A DNA stretch of 64,000 nt from an uncultured virus (IMG/VR IMGVR_UViG_3300042387_001477) (taxonomy: Duplodnaviria > Heunggongvirae > Uroviricota > Caudoviricetes), in IMG/VR virus record IMGVR_UViG_3300042387_001477; one strand, written 5' to 3'. Positions 52,301-58,988 of the stretch are shown piece by piece (position 1 is the first letter of the stretch; each line of letters begins with the position of its first letter). Below the pieces are notes generated by a model. The model was not told the origin of the DNA and searched no databases. It worked only from the letters and a program-made list of their open reading frames with translations. The position numbers were made by a program, and so were the translations under genes.

Positions 52301-54059
52301 TGCTATTCTTACTTCCATCACCAACGATAGTATATTCTTCTGGTCTTACTTGAGATGTATCTGGTCTTCCCTGCCATGCATCAATTTTTTTATAGTACTG
52401 ATCTAGTTCACCATCAGTTGTTCTTTGATCCGCATATGTAAATGCAACAACTCTATGGTGAGAATATTTTGAATCAGTGGTAGTGCTGAATGTTGGAATT
52501 CCATTTGAATCAAATGAAGCTCCATTATAAATTGGCTTTGATGATGTTGCAACAGCATCCTTGAAGGTCATCTGCCAGAAGTAGCAACCACCAGTTACCT
52601 TAAAGATTGAGGTTTGATTAAATACTCCTTGAGTTTTTCTGAGCTTTACAGTTGCAGTTCCGCCACCAACAAGAGTTACTGTAACTGCTTCTCTAGTGTA
52701 ATCATCTGGATTGTTGAGAATTCCAGTAGCAATAGCACCTAAAGTTGCTACAGCATTAACTACAGCAGAACAATCTCCATCGGAAACATATCCATTTCCT
52801 GCAGAGAATGTAGTTCTGTTGATAGTTTTGCCAGAAGTAATTTCTGAATATGTAATGCTACTATCATTATAAGATTTTGTAATAAATCTCATAATGCTAA
52901 TCGCATGATTAAATGCGGCTACTGTAGCTGCAACTTCTTGAGATAAATCACTATCACCAGACTTCAAGAATTGTGTTCTGTAGCCATTACCATCAATATA
53001 ATATTCTGCATTATTGAAGGTATTCTCGTTGCCACCTTGCCTTAAATCTTTAACAATAGCATCAATAAAATAGCCAATATCACGAATACATAGATTCTTT
53101 TGAGCATCATTTAAACCATTATATCCAGCTTGATTTCCTTGAAGATATAATTTAGTTTGCTCTTGAATATAACCACGATTCTTTTCAACCATATTTGCAC
53201 CATCATACATGGTATGGTACAGAATATATCCATCACTGGTTATGCTTCCATCAATTGAAAATGGTGAAGGAACATACTTAGGTCTGATAACAGTTTTTCT
53301 GAGATCATAACCAACAATTGAAGTACCTCTAGGTACAATAACGCCACCATTTCTTGGGTTAAATCTAAATGGCTCTGCATCAATTGCAACAGCAGTTCCT
53401 GCAGATAGCGGGTTGGTAGTAATATCATATCCAGGTCTGTTGTCAATTTCATATTGACCAGGCAGAACCATAATGGTAAATGCCTCAAACTTATCATTGC
53501 TTAGAACTACTGTACCAGTTCCATTTCCTTGTGCGGTAGCAATGAAAGATACACCAGCAGTATTAGACGATGCACCAATAGAAACAAAATCAGTATTGCC
53601 TGCGTTTACAATAGTATATGCTTTACCAACTTCTAATGTACTTACGGAAATCGCAGTTGGGTTTGGTTTATAACTTCTCTTTGCTGCCTCTAGTAATGCT
53701 CTTTCAATAGTTTTGAATGGTCTATTTAAATTACCACCATCATTATCTTCTAGGTCGGTAGCATTTTTGTCAGACTGGTTTACATAAAGAGTGATATTCT
53801 CTGCATTCTCAAAGTCTGGGTTTGTTCCACCTAGAATAGTTCCATTCCCTGCAATGATTTTACCATCAGGTTTAAAGGTCAATCGTGTTTGACCATCTGT
53901 AGAAATAGCTAATTCATTATTTGCTGGGCTGTAAATACCAGTTCCAGTATTACCTACACCTTCAAAACCAATAGCTGGTGCAGTTGGACTATTATTTTGA
54001 TCAAACTTTATTACAACGCCTTCCGCAATACCACCAGATGTAATTCTAGTTAGAGCCAT
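40353..54059 (-). CDS. Giant virion structural/tail-fibre-like protein (4568 aa)
   Basis: 13.7-kb open frame; MALTRI start; RPFKTIERALLEAA; SPYIFNCS; TNSNSNFG; TATAAATA upstream. Confidence 0.85.
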   Translation of the reverse strand: MALTRITSGGIAEGVVIKFDQNNSPTAPAIGFEGVGNTGTGIYSPANNELAISTDGQTRLTFKPDGKIIAGNGTILGGTNPDFENAENITLYVNQSDKNATDLEDNDGGNLNRPFKTIERALLEAAKRSYKPNPTAISVSTLEVGKAYTIVNAGNTDFVSIGASSNTAGVSFIATAQGNGTGTVVLSNDKFEAFTIMVLPGQYEIDNRPGYDITTNPLSAGTAVAIDAEPFRFNPRNGGVIVPRGTSIVGYDLRKTVIRPKYVPSPFSIDGSITSDGYILYHTMYDGANMVEKNRGYIQEQTKLYLQGNQAGYNGLNDAQKNLCIRDIGYFIDAIVKDLRQGGNENTFNNAEYYIDGNGYRTQFLKSGDSDLSQEVAATVAAFNHAISIMRFITKSYNDSSITYSEITSGKTINRTTFSAGNGYVSDGDCSAVVNAVATLGAIATGILNNPDDYTREAVTVTLVGGGTATVKLRKTQGVFNQTSIFKVTGGCYFWQMTFKDAVATSSKPIYNGASFDSNGIPTFSTTTDSKYSHHRVVAFTYADQRTTDGELDQYYKKIDAWQGRPDTSQVRPEEYTIVGDGSKNSTIDTVNSCSPYIFNCSLRSVFGMCGMHTDGSKVAENSFKSMVVAQFTGISLQKDRSVFIQPKDLQGDTNVTPSPNTTTLYNDDDESTTAKPPVFADPDAEYKPECRHFHIKASNGGFIQVVSVFAVGYADQFLAETGGDMSITNSNSNFGQISLRAKGSQFNSFAPASQGRITAVVPPKGISPTLNDVSFYNINAGPTWGPSTFATSEELTPAVLSALAGFTNSKYFSLYLETGATNEDSIPELIVTSTDKVTGNKVTKRFLSYGTSNQYSLFRDYYQVTGISPESSRYINLELESSTGGEPSKFRAKVKIFDPTDIPDEDNPKVNNVPTTKNAERVGYFWDNNGVYLKLDYTDADTRKFLTDFIFSFNEEKSFDFVTKFNPGDGSATTALEEVTRKLLRYKTGFPSTLTIKKYLDTRTSAPSELLWKLEYTIPKYLSSNAIPKAPEKRFIIKGTRAGNGEDGIPYSDYRFMVWDVQEVTSWEKDVRDGVYYLTVIRCDVNKFADSSANSPSTIERRPTGIDAPGTGTTTTSFSSTFIEEVNNFDKDTKLFTNINYLYPSVNEEGPDYDTRRVWNFPQADSRVLLENIGQGNRIKDISVPNFKSFRTTDSTTPFKDIPSLYSVTAESVHRLVQALDLRYITSSNTMATTGGGPDNSGRVFIAPVAPWDSRTSQSALGYTSSSTSFNVYSSSIRFGRGPAGSIVTEASKITEYNNFGVNLDAADRRIIVTSPGYVVNSNTIQASSDANQTGLTYAPLLPLYRPSILRASSHTWEYIGLGSGNYSTGFPNLQTRVLKIYEQFIAQGYENSGGFIASSGTNSAGDFYIGNQIIQAGGTSTVTLNVPKLRKSSESNYLDIDNIENRISNAVVNVTDTADGSGANANQSALKELSNFFNIAKLTVSDKANINNLIIGERLFIDRAEINNSAFFPEGNTNAYGFVKAAKPEKTGFISTDTNDKLYVSPKYLDAWRVKRQLISAQAVTLDNNRVYVQPYLQNSVDSYKSVNGKKVADAITFTNTVVNDVTWSTSSVIKLAFTESSGIPSYGKIDIEMNLIGLTVTDFYVDGSGNKIYFNPVINIPLQYQEIDYTDNTAVISNYQNGIALPTYLRSYCGNGTYTSIIKNYPSIIATGGNFGTDASEGDIKYLTAKLASNFTNNNDINVLNTSTYKDLQVTMTADEYQQWPNRGCISLREAPKGGTYKIATFAYYKTGHNSGTNVATFKLTKNVGEGTNTAGTSAQFTTDYENNYPGIASKNVFFFGCSTQVYSSDRWAAESPFIPPLDPTKGVVEEVNIEDAILYTSPQKSLPVAVTLDQDWFDKNLPNPYSSKALGVNIQERRAVKKFSPLFSFSQAKQWAENSGFTSADELELLMKPGYYKLDGTQFPCSVKINGTGVANSSVFAGKERTRTSAGRMGGYLEDTVRRGDSIYLYRSPEFYTQWGFGNDAMYVNVSGGLGANGSFNVNNVHFLGLNEAITKSEIPDSIYTSNPVLQNARRVVRRAYYIKGKIKSTPSLNTINSTGVDGAIEVIANVSTGTGVNALLVPSVNSIDIVNDIADNANYYELNSATISNSRYLVVVLKQSDFTAEQFDRMRKYIIPGTTMYWLAENGKVIKLSDEATVENLSKSTKVLSVRRKNAGLNTEEIQVLISVYRTAGGNNGNNASYTNPVEDLDLEGYTSGKRKLVFLNEDGAEFTTLAYNWALETRRQFLPKGFMHEGGYQSAIIKTVVSGGASGTKTITLDNVESILTGDKIVALDSAGNNLIPVGTRVETIVGNVITLTDNITTSIPAQSFVSFTQFNIFGDEITKYDIPEIYGIIRGSEEGYISLIIDRNPNYEVDNSIQPYPYGAGSFSEYPTQLIQLKTTPTSTTTNYGAAEDVAIATNRKKALPLRRNGFTETRYLVLDIAPREFGAIPAGNASNPNAATSIDSFIENAGISKTILTQFANYDNTTLQFGGGIGKGFVQPTINFNNITIAANAEFTIGSNDIQSAINTALNSAGSLTNTRSYNDRLFASLVSNGGTSSNVALYATINVSTGAITSVMAYRLNSTQQTTINGSFRIQINDGRGFILSPTGRTVSLSDNQLSADDFKVVAKQNLLSAIATTPDTTGGGSSPYLDYVRKRTTGPGANVDDDALTARGKKIFLSWPYAYRALRRRFPSAGFPVNGNYQSSLITVNAIPGSGFTLNLTGVTIGAQSPASEAANTFGGGYRGGLIKCRGSKLTLNGTRFRGNLSLDWTGLFSGNSSRVGGSFIAGHSIEMFQMEDQNEFTQMGGDLPAYAIATSPQDEEFRTLSEYNPQSNIYLEPSKDPYGRLSDGDARTFPINTLQAIRRFNKSSQGVVPWTGESEIPKGGLLTKVALNERYQTPNKIYYDAPNGTPTGNHIPTASGNSSAVLLRWNDGTTTITSSSQLSMPTSVVSYAQLEPKTLSFFYANNEAGEDIIRNIFVGRNASKFVKFDNIETTYATATKVITTGDTFFINSSTGAVTRAGAGQSGDYKFVKITYSGSFSALSKVNSTKIDINVNYLSSIRYNYVATATSRYQKTIVGTNSRLILSQDDNVIRYSEPANLAISNIDSTFTVANASRSTIYELRNVTRPSATSGKVVLSTNSSGKLTSLDIISIGSGHLKNDVFEIYSGATKISNTFTMTVRDNYNEELLELFENGEFKVILPNNCFIVNSVENPTIASNLKSQILKSKSIFKPGGYILYNNIYYKIAVNNPTTNSPYIGVYKYINETNTSDIRADIVVMLEDSEYSPTYPSNTRFDVFDYDNILDYWPATGRIVIGNRETCDFTKAGNSSDPKGYELRLTRSMTKYWPHYIRDWEGLDPNNSSDATVTVDSVIPTTLTLADPVDVTCYGIKRFNATGSGNNIEGITYGGSSTYVTPTGIVANKLAKISISSTTDAQGLLADFEKLSIGQTVTIPYRDISKPAVSGQAATNWNAVEIVVGDPQNTAASNISSNREGDRRISGSIAYRTSGFKAVFYKHTYNIHATNTQDTSIYQYINPLVSANLSSARDSSVEQLHPGGFRRWGYLGAISGLNANAGQKALTISSAFVRSMQRISSAATFVATFDAIDTPNDPYERLMTVSAQPSFGAITKGQPLYLNSNYTNLIGYVVGMDGDVRSLDDGTYEDSINLSGNGGIGTYRVLLVENPPALTGNVTVYGQKNSTDWLYYAPNNCCWINNVDYKVVNSDNTTTVYLNNNLVDPDGGRNPGDNPPGDGSASTLSIAAGSNIVFYYSGYYDNSIILTLDKPLTKAIPEGTKFNIAPTPDYGYNNDYGHPGKGQNNSFLFKSRILDLEKDGTNGKINVYLADPFPTANWNRDSSGALLADGSTTSSPVKTYGMMYINHGGWTYPKTGGSAFRANNIKLANANASDSVFCTEIYLPNRSGRVRAGDLLSYTWEDIYRIQATTDLTCTITTSTASKEITLSSTSDAKFAQQIILPGYIIYSSSGVELGTVSSVDATKIYLVENSKAAVTTNASWRYTSTGRTYTYSSQIFTVDPPSTTSSNEYFGYSRCTIIANNAHILHNGYRDSHKPNWYTIQDVFVSHRLGNFTFDGPIARKFVYSDTGVKLTFGEYKIWYERYQNYINANENSTGQAMSGRQGWVGNFGLSASGQRTIGIQLNGASSLQRGRQYNSSIWLTAVPVHAKWENASYSPYMLQCNVGSTIESNYAPTTLTNYDGVGSFTFSALNHTTLSTGSIYASHNTGDYASYGGESYDTKQYQFISTNTRLRYSLQNGTVSDTGSVAGGSSSRLAEQLAINNVINYKPSLSTTFARQNQSLSISITSGSSTITGTNVALTLLPGDVVYADQSPSPSSFVGVVRSKGANDNEVIISQAYTGTTITNDTAWSYISPRVMHSTTAGAGAVAGQSLVFSGDSETGVTPTNVGTLGYNVIGNNKPGFNRYNIRFNVDRRVYNQSTLINTFNNLKPVESFDVANRVIDIKFGDLSTYVSPLFNVEVTRFNPKTHVETSISVVGDPLHI

Positions 54060-54091
54060 ATGATTACCTAGAGGGGCTTTAAAACTAGATT

Positions 54092-54099
54092 TATTTATA
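54092..54099 (-). promoter_or_regulatory. T4-type late promoter
   Basis: Exact TATAAATA 32 nt upstream of the giant gene. Confidence 0.75.
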
Positions 54100-54104
54100 C
54101 ACGT

Positions 54105-54440
54105 TTACCTGTCAAAACAGTTCATGTTATATTCTGTAGGCTTTAGAAAATTTATGATGTGCAAAAGTGCTAAATCTGGTTTAGAATCTCCGCATGTAAA
54201 TACATCTAATGCGGAGCTACCAGATTCTGGCCAAGTATGAATTGAAATATGGCTTTCTGATAATAAAGCTACTATAGTAACTCCTTGTGGGTCAAATTTA
54301 TGAGAGCAAATATTCAATAACGTTGCGCCAGCAATATCAATAGACTCTCGTATGAGTTCTTTTAAAATTTTCTCATTATCGAGAATGGTGTGATCGCATC
54401 CATAGAGTTCTGCGACACAATGCTTTCCTAAATTTTTCAA
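54105..54440 (-). CDS. speD: Pyruvoyl-dependent S-adenosylmethionine decarboxylase proenzyme family
   Basis: GKH, HKFDPQGVT, LSESHISIHTWPE (self-cleavage site), DVFTCG; TTG start. Confidence 0.9.
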   Translation of the reverse strand: MKNLGKHCVAELYGCDHTILDNEKILKELIRESIDIAGATLLNICSHKFDPQGVTIVALLSESHISIHTWPESGSSALDVFTCGDSKPDLALLHIINFLKPTEYNMNCFDR

Positions 54441-54477
54441 GTCTGTACTTGTATTAACGATAACTTATTTATTAGTA

Positions 54478-54561
54478 TAGGGCGAGGGGGACTTGAACCC
54501 CCACGGCATTACTGCCAACAGATTTTAAGTCTGGTGTGTCTACCACTTCCACCACCGCCCC
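54478..54561 (-). tRNA. tRNA-Leu (anticodon TAA)
   Basis: GGGGCGG/TCGCCCT acceptor stem, CAGA-CTTAAAA-TCTG anticodon arm, long variable arm, GGTTCAAGTCC T-loop; no encoded CCA. Confidence 0.92.
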
Positions 54562-54576
54562 GTGATGTATGAGACA

Positions 54577-54605
54577 ATCATAGCATATGGCTAGGAGATT
54601 GTCAA
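54577..54605 (-). promoter_or_regulatory. sigma70-type promoter for tRNA-Leu
   Basis: TTGACA-N17-TATGAT. Confidence 0.75.
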
Positions 54606-54606
54606 G

Positions 54607-54679
54607 TGCTGATTGAGGGGATCGAACCCACCTATATCCGATTATGAGTCGGGTGCTTTCACCAGATAGCTAAACCAGC
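54607..54679 (-). tRNA. tRNA with CAT anticodon (Met or lysidine-type Ile2)
   Basis: GCTGGTT/AATCAGC acceptor stem, CCGA-CTCATAA-TCGG arm, GGTTCGATCC T-loop; no encoded CCA. Confidence 0.88.
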
Positions 54680-54746
54680 AAAAAACCCTACAAGTCAAAA
54701 ATCTTGGGAGATTTTTTTTCGGGTATTTAGTAACTAAAAGTTGATT

Positions 54747-54938
54747 TTAGTACGTATATGTGATCATATCCACTGGTAGAGTTTCATTGATGAATGTACA
54801 CATGTTTGTGAATTGATCCGAATCGGAATCATCTACTTTCATATACTCTCCGTCGTCTCCATGTAAATGGATAGTCCTAGACAGCATATCAACCTCGACC
54901 CGATTCAGAGTTGAATTATCCCGAATGTTCATAGGCAT
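54747..54938 (-). CDS. Hypothetical protein
   Basis: ORF directly behind a promoter. Confidence 0.65.
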   Translation of the reverse strand: MPMNIRDNSTLNRVEVDMLSRTIHLHGDDGEYMKVDDSDSDQFTNMCTFINETLPVDMITYTY

Positions 54939-54954
54939 CTCTCAGTACCCACAT

Positions 54955-54983
54955 AGTATAGCACGCTACCAGGGGCTTGTCAA
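54955..54983 (-). promoter_or_regulatory. sigma70-type promoter
   Basis: TTGACA-N17-TATACT. Confidence 0.75.
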
Positions 54984-54995
54984 CCCCCCTCCCTA

Positions 54996-57446
54996 TTATG
55001 TATCGAAGATGACTGGAGCTTCTCTCATGCATAAGGAACTACTTAAATCTAGTATTGGTCCCTCTGTTATTCTTGATTCTGGAGCTGCAACTGTACAGAA
55101 ATTAGGCCCACCAACAGCCTCCAGCTGAACCGCCAATCTATTCTTAGATGTTGCTCCAACTGTAGTATCATTATTAATACCCAACCTAGTAAGACTATTG
55201 ACTCCCATAATAGTAGTATTGTATAATCCGCCCTTCCATACATTTTCTGCAGTTGCCTGGAATTTATTAGATAACCCAGTTCCAATATCGGTATTAGTTC
55301 CTGCACGAAGATTGATTTTATTTCCTCCAACCAAACAAAATTTATTTAATCCAATATACTTATTCTCATACATTGCAAACAGATTCCAAGATCCAGATAA
55401 TAGATGATTTTGTTCTGTGCAAATAGTACTAAATGTTGGCGCATATATATCTAACTGTCCACCTGCACTAAGACCTATTTTAGACCCTGCAATAGCCAAT
55501 CCATTCGCAGCACTTAACTTAGCATCATTACTATAAATTGTTTCATGTTCTCCATTATAAGTTACTTTACTTTCTCGGTTTGCAAATACATTATACTGAC
55601 CATCTACTTCTAGATGATAGTTCCCACCAACCTTTAAGTGATAATTACCTTTAGTCTTGATGTGTACATCTCCCATAATAGTAACTTCTTGTTTGCCAAA
55701 AGTAATTTCAACTTTGTTATTACTATTGGTGACACGAATATTCCCATCATCATCTACTTGAAAACCAGTTCTGCTACCAGCAGCTTCAATGACAAGTCTA
55801 TTATGATATGGAGTGTCATCCATCATAATCATATGACCTGCCTCAGAAGCTTGAACAGAAACTTTTGAATATTCTGGATTCCATTTACCTGCAATATTAT
55901 TAGTAACTCTAAAATTAAATGGATTGCAGTTGTTTCCAGTTAATGCACATTCATTCCAATCAATTTGCAGTGGGGAATCAGTAGTTCTGTTACATCCAAT
56001 GCCAAGTAAATTTAAAATAAATCCAACTATATTTCCTATGTTACTTAACATATTTGCATTTACGAATCCCTTGTCATCAAACAATGCACCCATCTCACCT
56101 ATTTTCCCAACACTTTGAATCAAAGATATAATTCCTTGAATAGCACTTGCAATTTCAGTTCCGACTGCTATGAGTTCAAAGATAGATCCAAATATATCAT
56201 TAATACAATTCTCTGCAAATTGAATATAATTATCTGCCATTTCCAACAAATCATTAGCCATATTCTCAACAAAATCTTTAATAAACCCTTCAATTCCACT
56301 CATCAATGCATCAACTAATGCTTCATCAATTGTACATGAAATAGTTTTCAGAACTTGAACAACAACTTCAGTAAGAGTTTTTACAAAATATGGAATGGGG
56401 CTACTTGCTCCTAGCCCAATATCATTTAAAATTCTGGTAACTTCCGCCATCAACCAAGACTTAACTTTGTTGACAATATACCAAACTAAATTTCTAATTA
56501 CTTGAATACATCTATCTACGGCACTTTTTAAATCTACAACTTTATTTGTAAACTTACCATAGATTTCAATTGGAGTATCAGTCTTCTTAATATATCTAAT
56601 AGATGCACCTGAAGAATGTGCAATTGGTGTTGTTCCTTGTAGTCCTCTTTTTACATTGACTAAAGACTTTTCATTCTTTCCATTATATCCAATCTTTTCA
56701 TTTCCTATTTGAATTACTCCAATTGGAGGAAACGCATCTACACTACTAATTGTAATATAATTTTCTTCGATAGATAAATCTCTAGTTAATTTTGGATTAG
56801 TTGCATTTGGATTATATATAACTCCAGTTTTAAATATATTACCAAGTCCTTCAATACATCTTTTAATATCTTCTACAAGTGTATTTGCAGGGCCATCTTT
56901 TCCATCTGCAATAGATGTGGCTCCAACATTTCCAGATGGATTAGATGGAGATGCAGGAAGAGAAGCAGCTGCAACGGAATCAGATGCTAGTCCACCTGCA
57001 TCATTAGTTCTCTCGGCATCTTGTGGCTGACCTGTTTTGGATTCTTTTGAAGTTACTGTATTTGCAATTCCAGGAGTATTAGCAGTAGCAGGAGTATTTG
57101 GGTCTCCAAAAATTGGTCTGATTTGACTATAGAATGAGCCCATTACTACGGGCTGTTGGCAGTCAGGATAGTCTAGGAAAAATCCCATCACAAAACTACC
57201 TGCTTTTAATCCTGCATTAGCTGCATTTCCAATACCACTTACTGCAGCATTAGTAGTTGGTTGAAGAACGAGTGCCCAAGGTAAATTCTCTGGCTTCTCA
57301 AATGGATCATGAAAGCCAAGAATTTTTACACGAACTCTACCTAGTTTCGCATCTCGATCATCTGGATTTTCTACAGTGCCTAACCACCAAGTGAAATCAT
57401 TATTACCAAGGAATGCAGAATTTTGTAATGTAGGATTAATTGACAT
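54996..57446 (-). CDS. gp5: Baseplate hub/central spike protein (T4 gp5-like)
   Basis: N-terminal OB domain WWLG.VE...D...LGRVRV.ILGFH...LPWA...VMGFFLD...QQPVVMG; C-terminal beta-helix repeats (V.G.Y.L.V.G). Confidence 0.85.
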   Translation of the reverse strand: MSINPTLQNSAFLGNNDFTWWLGTVENPDDRDAKLGRVRVKILGFHDPFEKPENLPWALVLQPTTNAAVSGIGNAANAGLKAGSFVMGFFLDYPDCQQPVVMGSFYSQIRPIFGDPNTPATANTPGIANTVTSKESKTGQPQDAERTNDAGGLASDSVAAASLPASPSNPSGNVGATSIADGKDGPANTLVEDIKRCIEGLGNIFKTGVIYNPNATNPKLTRDLSIEENYITISSVDAFPPIGVIQIGNEKIGYNGKNEKSLVNVKRGLQGTTPIAHSSGASIRYIKKTDTPIEIYGKFTNKVVDLKSAVDRCIQVIRNLVWYIVNKVKSWLMAEVTRILNDIGLGASSPIPYFVKTLTEVVVQVLKTISCTIDEALVDALMSGIEGFIKDFVENMANDLLEMADNYIQFAENCINDIFGSIFELIAVGTEIASAIQGIISLIQSVGKIGEMGALFDDKGFVNANMLSNIGNIVGFILNLLGIGCNRTTDSPLQIDWNECALTGNNCNPFNFRVTNNIAGKWNPEYSKVSVQASEAGHMIMMDDTPYHNRLVIEAAGSRTGFQVDDDGNIRVTNSNNKVEITFGKQEVTIMGDVHIKTKGNYHLKVGGNYHLEVDGQYNVFANRESKVTYNGEHETIYSNDAKLSAANGLAIAGSKIGLSAGGQLDIYAPTFSTICTEQNHLLSGSWNLFAMYENKYIGLNKFCLVGGNKINLRAGTNTDIGTGLSNKFQATAENVWKGGLYNTTIMGVNSLTRLGINNDTTVGATSKNRLAVQLEAVGGPNFCTVAAPESRITEGPILDLSSSLCMREAPVIFDT

Positions 57447-57449
57447 GTA

Positions 57450-57665
57450 TTACACTTCGTATATACGACATTCAGGAGCTTCTGGGTTTTCGTTGCAGAA
57501 TAGATCTAGTGGGCTAGGATCTTTTGTTTTGGTTGGGTGATTTTCTTTATATTTAATTAGAGACTCTAGTTCGCTTTCTAAAAATCTACGTCTTTGAGAA
57601 CTAGTATTTGAATCTTCTAGTTGATCTTTATTTCGATCGATGTGTTGATTTATATCTTGTTCCAT
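57450..57665 (-). CDS. cp12: CP12 Calvin-cycle inhibitor
   Basis: QRRRFLESELESL..Y..NHP...DPSPLDLFCNENPEAPECRIYE; C-terminal Cys pair only, as in phage-type CP12. Confidence 0.9.
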   Translation of the reverse strand: MEQDINQHIDRNKDQLEDSNTSSQRRRFLESELESLIKYKENHPTKTKDPSPLDLFCNENPEAPECRIYEV

Positions 57666-58988
57666 TTAGAATGTTGCTCCGCTGGGTACATTAGTTTTTT
57701 TGATTTCATTACCACCAAATGAATCTCTTGTTAATGTAGCAATAGTTCTAAGTTCAGTTCTATTTAGGATGGTATGCTTAACAGAATGAACAATATATCT
57801 GCCACTTAATCTAGTATCTTCTTTTATTTTATTATCGCTAGTTCTCTTCGGAGAAGGAATAGAAACATTGATTACGTACCCTGGTTGAAGTTTTAAGTCT
57901 CCAGGAACAGCGATTTCTAATTTATTATATTCCAAGAAGTAATATCTGTAAATTGACTTCTCATAATTTTTATTTACTTCATCTATGTTGTTTAAATTTT
58001 CAATTTCTTCATTGGATAAATCTTTCCAACCAAATGTAGAATTTGTGGTAGGTCTATAGATTAATCTAGATGGTCGCTTCAACAAATCTTCATCTTGATA
58101 TGGAGTCATTTTATTAAGATGACTCATATCTTTCCAGTATGTTGAGGCATTAGTACTCCAATTTTGAAAGTTACGATTGTTGATATCTACGTACAGTGCA
58201 TTATGTGCAAATGCACCATTACGAAGGTCATCTAAAATATCAAATGCCTTTGTAGATGAATAATTCATAATTCTATAGTTATTCAACTCAGTCTTGGATG
58301 CAGATGTATTTCCCTGAACAAACGCATATTTTGTTTTGTTATTTGGATATGTACCCGCATCAAATAATACGTCTAGAGATTTAAAATTATATCCCTCAAA
58401 GGTTTCATAAAATACATATCCCACGGAAGATTTATTTTTTACTGGAACACTTCTGCGAGACATCCAGATTGCAGTATCAAACAATCTCCAGTTGGGAACA
58501 TACATGTCAAAAGGATATAATGTATCATCTACATTCTTTTTAAACTCTTTTTGGCTTATGGTTTTTAATTTTTCTTCTAGAAATACTTCTGCTTTTTTTC
58601 CATTTACTCGTTCACGAATTCTAGTGTACTCGTTGTCTAAAGCTTCTTTACTTATTGCATGAACCACATATACTTGGTTCTTCTCTTGCATTACTCGACC
58701 ATCAATCTTATGAATGTAAAAATTCAAATCATAATTTGCATATGGAGTTGAGATATTTAATTCAATTCTTTCTCGTCCAATCAGGGGAAGAGTTTCGATT
58801 AAGTTTTCTCCAATATCATTAACTACAAGTTCACAATATAAACTAGTGGATATAATACTCTGGTAAAAAGTAACTTCTTTAACAAGTTCTTTGATGTCAA
58901 TAAACGGACGTTTATCTCCATTAACTGCAGTAAGTGGATATAACTTTATTGTTTTTAGAGAAAAATCTCCAGCAAATTGTTGATTCAT
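57666..58988 (-). CDS. Baseplate hub/tail protein (gp27-like)
   Basis: LP.IG.ERI, FYET.EGYNFKSLD, VPGD..L.PG, LSGRYIV..V.H, LTRDSFG; upstream of gp5. Confidence 0.7.
   Translation of the reverse strand: MNQQFAGDFSLKTIKLYPLTAVNGDKRPFIDIKELVKEVTFYQSIISTSLYCELVVNDIGENLIETLPLIGRERIELNISTPYANYDLNFYIHKIDGRVMQEKNQVYVVHAISKEALDNEYTRIRERVNGKKAEVFLEEKLKTISQKEFKKNVDDTLYPFDMYVPNWRLFDTAIWMSRRSVPVKNKSSVGYVFYETFEGYNFKSLDVLFDAGTYPNNKTKYAFVQGNTSASKTELNNYRIMNYSSTKAFDILDDLRNGAFAHNALYVDINNRNFQNWSTNASTYWKDMSHLNKMTPYQDEDLLKRPSRLIYRPTTNSTFGWKDLSNEEIENLNNIDEVNKNYEKSIYRYYFLEYNKLEIAVPGDLKLQPGYVINVSIPSPKRTSDNKIKEDTRLSGRYIVHSVKHTILNRTELRTIATLTRDSFGGNEIKKTNVPSGATF

Noticed and set aside
54697..54719. AT-rich hairpin upstream of the tRNAs as a terminator
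   Set aside because: The stem is almost all A/T and too weak to call
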